Shown piece by piece: positions 1 to 9,000 of a stretch of DNA of 20,000 nt. Below the pieces are notes generated by a model that searched no databases, was not told the DNA's origin, and was given only the letters and a program-made list of their open reading frames with translations. Origin of the DNA: an uncultured virus (IMG/VR IMGVR_UViG_3300045996_000435) (Duplodnaviria; Heunggongvirae; Uroviricota; Caudoviricetes); the IMG/VR virus record IMGVR_UViG_3300045996_000435; one strand, given 5' to 3'. Position numbers and translations under genes: made by a program. Each line of letters starts with the position of its first letter. Within the stretch, counting starts at the first letter, position 1.

Positions 1-26
1 TTGCCAATGAAGATGATGAATATAAA

Positions 27-3000
27 ATGGCAGGTGAGTTGTTTGATCCTAAAACATTAGAGTCAGTACAAAAAGTTGTACAAGCTGCTTTAAAAGATGG
101 AAAGAATAATTTTGTGGATATAATGAAGTTTGCTGCAAAGCATATCTCTAAAGATAAGCTTCAGAATGTTTATAATAAAATGAGAGCTGGTTATGCATTT
201 GTTTATGCACAGCTTTCTGAGAAAGGACAATTAATAGAAGATCCTGCTTTTTTAGTTAACTTAATGAATAACAAGTATACTCTTGACGATATACTTGCTA
301 TGGCTGCTGCTCCTGTAACTCAACAAGAGAAAGTAGTTCCTTATGCAGATTTACGAGAAGAGAATATAGCTAATAGAGATTTTAGAGCTGGTGTTCTTTA
401 TAAAACTGCTGCTCAAGATTTTGAAGTATTGGATATAGATGGTAATAAGATTTATAGTAAAGATATTAAGAAAGAACCAGTAGCTGCAAGACGTAGGAAC
501 TTTTTGTCTTATCTTTATAAAGAAGTTGAGCGTAGTGGTAAAACACCTACAGACTTAGGGTTCTTTGGTCTTATGACTAAAGATAGTCTTGCTTACCCAC
601 ATGATGCAGAAGATGTAGCTTTTTTAACTACTAAGCCTGAAGCAGCTGGTGAAATTATTGTTTTAGTTGATAAAGATTTACAGCCTATTAAAATTAACGA
701 TAAGGGAGAACCTGATGCGAATGGTGAAGTATTGACTATGTACTTCGAGAGTCCTGAAAAATTAAGAAAGAGGGCTGATAAAGAAGGGGATCTTAAGTCA
801 GTATGTAAACTTAATAATTTAATTACTTATTCTCCACAAGGAGATGAGGTATTTGATTTTAATACTGCTAGAGAAATGCTTACTAATGCTGCAGAGAATA
901 TTGAGCATTTAAGAGCAGAAGTAAAAGATAATAAACAAGTACTTGTAACTTTTAATCAAGTTACGCCAGGCATTCGTCAAACCAGTAAAGAAGGTGTAAC
1001 AACTACTTTCTTAATAGGTAAGAATGTTAAAGCCCACTTAATGGATACTCCAATTAAGAAGGGTGGTAATATTGGATACTCAAGTACTGCTAAGAATAAG
1101 AAAGGTCGTTTGGGTTATGCTTATGTAGATTATAAAGGAGACTTTATAGAATTGCAGAGGGATATTTTACCTGATAATATTATAGAACTGATTAGTTATG
1201 TTATTAATAATCGTGATACTATTGATGCTACTACAAAAGAAGAGCTTAAAACATTCTTTAGGAATATCAAGAAAAACTCACAACTAGATATAAATGTTTA
1301 TACTGGTAGGGTTACTTTAGAGGGCACTGTATTAACTCCAGATCAATTTGCTGTTGAATTAAAACGTGCAGTGTTGTCTTTTTCTTCAGATGTTATTAAT
1401 CAGAACTTTAAAGAATTCTATTTAGAAAATGGAGAATTAAAATCAAGGGTAACTCCTTATAATGATTTTATGTTCCGTTATTATAAGATGTTTGTGAAAC
1501 TAGATGAGAATGGTGAACCTTTGTTTGCCAATGCTTATTTAGCATATCAACCTTCTAATGTAATGGAGATTATAAAGGGTGAACAGAATGTAGAAGAAAT
1601 TAAAAAGCAAGAACAAGAAGAAGTTAAAGCAGAAGAAGTTATTACTCCATTAGAAGTAAGAGTAGAAGGTGTTAATAAAACTAAAGAAGAAATCTTAAAA
1701 GAGATTGCTGAGCGTAAAGCTAAACTTCAGAAGAAAGCTGATAATGTAGATGTACGTCTTAGAAAAGATGAAGGTAATATTACTGGATTACCTCGCTCTA
1801 TTTATCTAGAAAATGATACTGATTTAACAGTTAGTCCAGAAGAGCAAGATTGGTTTAAAACTACTCTTGCTGGTGTATATTCTGGTAAGTTTGCTTCTCG
1901 TCATATGAAGCTTGTTAAAGAGCTAATTAATTCAGACTCTTGGGGACTTTTTGCAGAGAGTGGTACGATACTTGTAGAGAACGCTCCTGAAGGTACTTTG
2001 TACCATGAAGCTTGGCATGAGTTTACTCAATTATATCTTACTCTTAAAGAGAAGAAGGCTTTATATAACGAAGCTAGAAAGCAAGGCGAAAGTGATTATC
2101 AAGTAGAAGAAAGATTAGCAGAAGAGTTTAGAGCATACGCACTTAAACCCAGAAAACCTAAATATAGTATATTTGAGAGAATATTAAACTTTATTAAGCA
2201 AACATTCTTTGGTAAAGTATCTGTTGATGTTTTGTTTGATAAGTTATATAAAGGAGAGATTAATAAATATAATCCTTCTATAAATAATATACAGTTTAAG
2301 AGACTTAACGCTGGTATCGCAGATTCAGCAGGAAATGAATTATTCTCTAATAAGAGAACACAAACTCTTATTAAGACAATTGATAAGTTAATTTATGATT
2401 ATATTCATAATGTTCAAGGTTGGTCTTTGTACCGTGTATTCAATGAAGAGCACGTTTTATTTGCTGCTTATACTTATGCTTACAAGCAGTTTATTGATAA
2501 AGACCTTGAGAAGCAGAATCAATTCGAGGAAGCGATTGTAAGAGAAGAAGATCCAGTAAAACTAGAAAAGATTTATGCTGAAATGGAGTCTCATAGAGAT
2601 TTGTATGATAGAGTTATTAATAACTTTACTACAATTCTTGAGCACCATAAGAAGAACTCTAGAACTTTTGTTATTACAGAAGATGAGATTTCTGGTGTAT
2701 ATGATGAAGCTGGAAATATAATCTTTGAAGAAGAGGGTGATGATACTAATACTGAGAAAGCTAGTAAGGTATTTGATCAAAAAGCAGGTAATGAAATTTC
2801 CTCTATTGATGGAGCTAATAAAGAAACTCGAGCTTTAGTTCGGGGACTTGCTCGTAGAGTAGATGAAAATAATATTTATATTAATGAATTTGGTTTTCCA
2901 GAGCTTGTAGATTTTGCTCAAACTTGGAATAACTTAGCACTTAACCTTGCCAATACGTATGAGTTTGATAAGATATTAGTTAAGTTGGATAACTTAAAGA

Positions 3001-6000
3001 ATCGTTATCCGGAATATATTGAGTTACTTAAGATCCTTAATGATTATCGAGTTCATGAAAAAACTGGTCTAGATAAGATATTAATGCTTACAAAGTTTAG
3101 ACAAGACTTCTCTAGAAGCTTTGTTCCAGTATATGAACTTATCTATGATGCTAATACTCTTGAGTATAAAGTAGACGAAACAACTAAGAATAACTTTAAA
3201 GCTATTAAGAAATTATTTGATGATAATTTTATTAGTCGTGATGAAAATAAATATATAAAGAAAGATAAGGATGGTAATAACTATTTAAGTCCTCTTATTT
3301 TAGAAGATTTTAATCCTAATGGGTTTTCTAATAAAGGTACAAGAATTAAATTCTTGGATGCTTTAGGAATTACGTTTTCAGCTCCTGCCATTAAAGATAG
3401 TAGATTTGATGATATCGTAAATAGTTCTAGGCTTACTTTTATTTACAATGGTATTAAGCAATTGCTTGATGCTAATGTAAAGATCATGAACCCAACTGAA
3501 GATCTTAGTAATAATAGTCGTTATGCTAAATTTGGTTTCTTTGGAGAAACTGGAAATCTTAATGCTCTTATTGCAATAGAGTCTAAATATAACTCACTTA
3601 ACCCTACAGCTTCTATGCAGAATGCTGAAGGTAATACTGTGTATGCACTTCAATTAAGAAATGCTATTAGTACTATATCTGATTATTTATCAGATTATGT
3701 AAACTATCCAACTTATCAAGATTTAATTAGTGAACCTCATTTGGCGTTTTTAGATTTTACTAAAAATCCTTATGTTAAGAATTCTATCTGGTTAAACAAT
3801 ATGTTTGTACTAGATGAAGAAAGTATACATTTTGGTAAAAGAAAATCTGTAGATGGTATTTGGAACCCTGAGAAATTAGATCCTGTTGTTATACAGATAG
3901 TCAATTTTAATGGTTTGAATGTTGACGCCGAAGGTCTTGATTTAGGTAAGACAACTACACGTTTGTACGTTGGTGATAAGATGGTTCAGGACTTTACTAC
4001 ATTACTTAAGGCAAGTGGTGGATTTAAAGAAATGATGAGAGCTGGAGATAAATCTAGTGCATTTGCTGTTAAATTCTCTTCTTATAGTCAAGCTTTAAAT
4101 AACCAAAGTAATTTACCAATAGATACTTCTGCATTTAAGAATAATTTGTTTGGAGGTAAGGATTTCTTAAATATAATGAGTGGATACTTATTTGATGAAC
4201 TTAAACGTATTCAAGATTATAAGTATAAGAAAGTAGGTACTGATCTTAAAGCATTTGCTTTAGGTGAAATTAATCTATTTAGAGATTTACTTACTTCTGA
4301 AACTAAAACCTCTATTGTAGAGGCTTTAACAGGAGATGCAGATATTAATACAATTATTAACAATCATGCTGCTAAGTTAAGAACTGAACTAGCTGTTTAC
4401 TTTATTAAACAATTTAATAGTAGAGTTGACAGCTTTAATGATAAGGGTCTTAGAGTTCATATAACAGGTACTGATAAGTTTGGAATGTATCAATTAGGAG
4501 AAATGCCTAAATGGGTTTCTAAAGATTTGATTACTCCTTATAAAGTAGCTGGAGAAGTTATTACTCCTACTTTTAGTCAGTTACTTAGATCTTATATTGT
4601 TAATGCATTTATACTTAATGTAGAGCAAACAAAGATATTTAATGGAGATGGGGCTTTCTATAAAGATTTTCACAAAAGGAATTCTAAAGATAGTGCCACT
4701 AAAACAACGATGACAACTGATTCATTCTTTTTGGATTGGTTAAACTATAGTCCTAATACTAACTTACAGAGTAAACTCCTTGGAGTTTATAATTCTGTTT
4801 CTAATGTAATTAATAGTGTTATCTTTAAAGATAATGAAGTACCTTCAGCTTATATAGATTCTTATAAAAATACAGTAAGGGCTTTGCTTGAAGAAGAATA
4901 CCTTGATCCTGAAAAAATTGAGGAGACTATTAATCGTATAGAAAGTAAGTATGGTAAGAATAATGAAGGGGATGCTCAAGGGTGGATTACTCTTGACTTT
5001 TACAGAACGTTTAAATTGTCTCAAGGTAAATGGTCTACAAAGCATGAAAATGCTTATCGTAAGATTATTATGTCTGAGTTTTATACTAAACAACTAGATA
5101 CAGCGAGTTCTGAACAAGCTCGTAAAGATATACAATCAAAGATAGGAGAGAATAAACTTACTGGAGAAGAGATGGCCTATTTTGTGCCAGTTAAAGCTCA
5201 ATATGCAGGTCCTCTTGTATATAAGGGTCTTTATGCTCCTGCCTTTCATAAGTTCTCCCTTGTGCCTCTAATTCCCTCTCTGATAAGGGGTACAGCACTC
5301 GAGCATCTAAACGAAAAGATGATTCGTAGTAATGTTGGTTATGGTTTGTTCGAGTCAGGGTCTAAGGTAGCTAGTATCCAGAAAGAAGTTAATGGTAAAA
5401 ATGTTCATGAAGATTTCTATTTAGATTATACTTCTAGAACACCTGTAGATCGTAATAGTACTTTTGATACAGTAAATCCAGTTTATAGTCACTTCTTAGG
5501 GGAGCAAGTTAACATTGAACCAAAAACACACTCTGATGTAATCTTTGGAACTCAATTTAGAAAGCTGTTATTTCAGAACCTATATAATCAGGGAGAACCT
5601 TTAGATGCTGAAGTTGGAAAACTTTATCATGAATTTTCTGATGTACTTGCTAAAATGATACAAGTAGAAAAGAAAAGATTGTTTAAAGATTTAGGAATTA
5701 AAGAAATTAAACGTGGTAATGAAACTTACTATGAAGCGGCTAACTATGAAAAACTAGTTGACACTTTAATTCGTGAGGTTAATCGTCGCGATTTAAATGA
5801 TAACGTAAAGAGATACTTAGAATATGATAAGAGTACTGGCAAGTTCAAATATCCTTTAGATGGATCTATGAACAGAAAAGAAATCGAAACTCTTTTAATG
5901 TCTCTTATTAATAATAGATTAGTACGTCAAAAAATGAAGGGAGACTTGATGATTCAAGTTGCATCTTCAGGATTTGAGTCTACTATTAAGCCTGTTTTAG

Positions 6001-9000
6001 CTACTGAAGAAGAAAGGCTAGAATATGGTACAAATGGGTTGCGTACTTATTATTTAAAAGGTGGTGAAGTAAGAGTATCTGAAGTCAAAGTTCCTTTAAC
6101 AGAAGACTTTAAGAACTTACTTTATTTTAAACATACGGATGGTAATCATATTGGAACGTTAGAGCGTCTCAATGAAATGATGAGAAATGAGACTTGGAGA
6201 AAAGAGCACCGAAAATCCTTAAGGATGGTTGGTTATCGTATTCCTACCCAAGGTCTTAATTCTATAGAATCTATGGAAGTTAAAGAATTTTTGCCAGAAG
6301 AAGCTGGTAATATAATTATACTTCCTACGGAAATTGTAACTAAAGCTGGTTCCGACTTTGATATTGATAAACTTTCTATATTTAAACCTTCTATTGCAGT
6401 TAAGAAAAAATTAACTCTTAATGAGAAAGGTAAATGGATTGAGGAAGTAGATACTGCTTACTATGTACGTTACAGAAAAGAGTTTAGAGATTACTATGAA
6501 ATGAAGGATAAAGTAGAAGCTAAGTATGAACCTTTAATACAATCATACAGAAATAAGTATGATCAGTATATGAAGGATTTAGAGTCTATTTATAGGGAAT
6601 TTAAAAGAACTGCTGGCGTAGGTAATATAGAGAATTATGTATTAGAAGTACAAACTCAAATTGAACTTATTAAAGATCAGCGTGATCTTCTTAAAATAGA
6701 GTTAGAATTAACTACTAGTTATGCTGAATGGAAGAAATTAAAATCTTCAGATAAGAAGTATGCAAATTCTTTAGTAAATCTTAACAGTGAATTATTACTT
6801 CTTACAAGTATGATTCATAATCAGAAAGCTTTACTTACTGAAGAGCAGATTGCTAATCTTGAGAGTCTAAACTTAAATATGTCCAAATCTTTACAGGCAG
6901 ATCTTAAATCTTTGCTTAGTAAAGACGGTAAATTATTTAAAGAAAGGCAAGCAGTTCAGAAGAAGTTTAGAGAATTAATTCTTCAGAAGAAAGAAGCTTT
7001 AAGGGAGGCTCTTGATTACAAGAATGGTTTGCAGAATAGGGTAATTGAGATTGCTGATAAGATCATGACAGATGATAGAAACTTTATTCAGGTTATTACT
7101 CCTAATGATACATTCTTAATTAAACCTCTTATTACAGATAAAGGTGGTATTAAAGATAGATTAGGGTTTAATAAAGTTAACTATACTGGTACTAATATCT
7201 ATACTGAAGCGACTCAAGAAGAGAAGTTTCAGGCAGGTCTTGTAGGTAAGAAAGCTTTAGGTATTGCAGCTATAACTAATACTTATATGCAGCTTTTCCA
7301 AAAAGTTAAACTTCATATTAATAGAAATTATACTAATATATTTAAAGATGAGCCTAGTAATCATACTGTCCATCATTATTTATTACCACAAGAATATGCT
7401 GGTATAATGAGAGATGCTAGTGGTAGGGTTGTTGGGTATGATCTTAGTCAGAAGTATGATGCTGAGGGTGAACTTAAATCAGAGTTTGCATCTCAAATGA
7501 TTAATGCTTACGTTGACGTATTAAATGATGATTTCATTTTCTATGGTAATGCTGGTTTGGATGTAGCTCCTGTATTGTTTTACTTAAAGAATGTTGGAGT
7601 TCCTACTAAGACCATTCTACATTTTATTAACCACCCTGTTATAAGAGCTTATATTGCTCAAACACAAGCGTCGAAGTCTATTGTTCTTGAGACAATTAAT
7701 CACTTCGAAACTATGCATGATATTGGAGAAACTGAGCAAGGTGTAGTAAGTAAATTACTTGGTACTAAAGAAAGTGTATGGGCGATTGTAGGTACAGATG
7801 ATTTATCAGAATACTTTAATGGGGAACTATTAAATCAACGAATAGATAACAAGTTAAGCGAAATACCTTTAAGAGAGAAAGCAGCTATACTAGCTCATTA
7901 TCTTGAACTAAAGCAACAAGCAGAAATGCTTAGAAAGTTACAAGCTTCTACTAACTTTGATACTAATACTTTTCAGACTCCAATAGACGCTGATATTCAA
8001 GTGGATATGAAAGGAATGGTTAAGGCTACAAAAATGTTTAATAATGAAGCTCTTGACAGGATAACTGGTGAGACTGTTATTAAAGGGTTTAATGTATCGA
8101 AAGTAGTTAATGATATCTTCGAACAGCTTCTTCCTGTTACAGGGTCTAAGTTCTTTAGGAGTCAAGCTCTTCGCGCATTTAAAGCTATAAGTAAGATTAA
8201 CTTTGAGATTGATCAGAATAAAGTAGTTAAAACATTTACAAATGATTTTCTGCTTTACTTACTTACTAAATATTCTACTGTACAGTTAGGAAACCAAGAA
8301 CAAACTCTTTACAGTTATGTTATGCCTATGTTTGCCTACAATGGACATGGTGTAGATAATAGATTAGCTTCTAAATTAATTAAGTTTAAAGCTGATCCAG
8401 TAAATAGAGACTTAATTAATAAGTATCCTTTAATTCAAAATCTAAAGGCAGAGTATTTTGGTAACTTAGGAAACATTAAATTAACTCGTCAAGATAATTC
8501 CAGTGAAGCTCAAAATTCATTTATTGAGCAGTTTGAGGAATTAATCAGGCATCCTGACAGTAAAGTAAGAACTTTATTTAAGAATATAGCTTTGTTCTCT
8601 ATCTTCCAAAGTGGAGTTACTAAGAGTCCTATATCTTTTACAGATATAATTCCTAGTCACTTTTATACAACTTATATGTTAAAAGCTATAAGTAAGTATA
8701 ATAAACTTAATGAAGGAGAAAAACAAGCTTTATTCCAAGAGTTCTTTGGCAGGTTTTATGTTAACAACTTAGGGCTTTATGGTGAAGTCGCAAGTGTACC
8801 TTCTTATAGGTTTAAGAACTATGGTCCAGATGTTATGGTAGTTACTCCTAAAGGGAATAGTACACAATTCTTTAATGATCAAGATTTTCTTCCACCTGTA
8901 CAAGGACAATTATTTACAAATGATAATTCTAGTATAATTTATTCTAAGTTAGGAGATAAGACTGTATCAGGTAATGTTAAATTAGAATCTTGGTCGCAAT

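Noticed and set aside
4530..4570. YKVAGE, similar to YKMAGE/YKIGG, flanked by a short TTACTCCT duplication
   Set aside because: It lies inside the presumed RNAP core and lacks the upstream F and acidic positions; likely chance.
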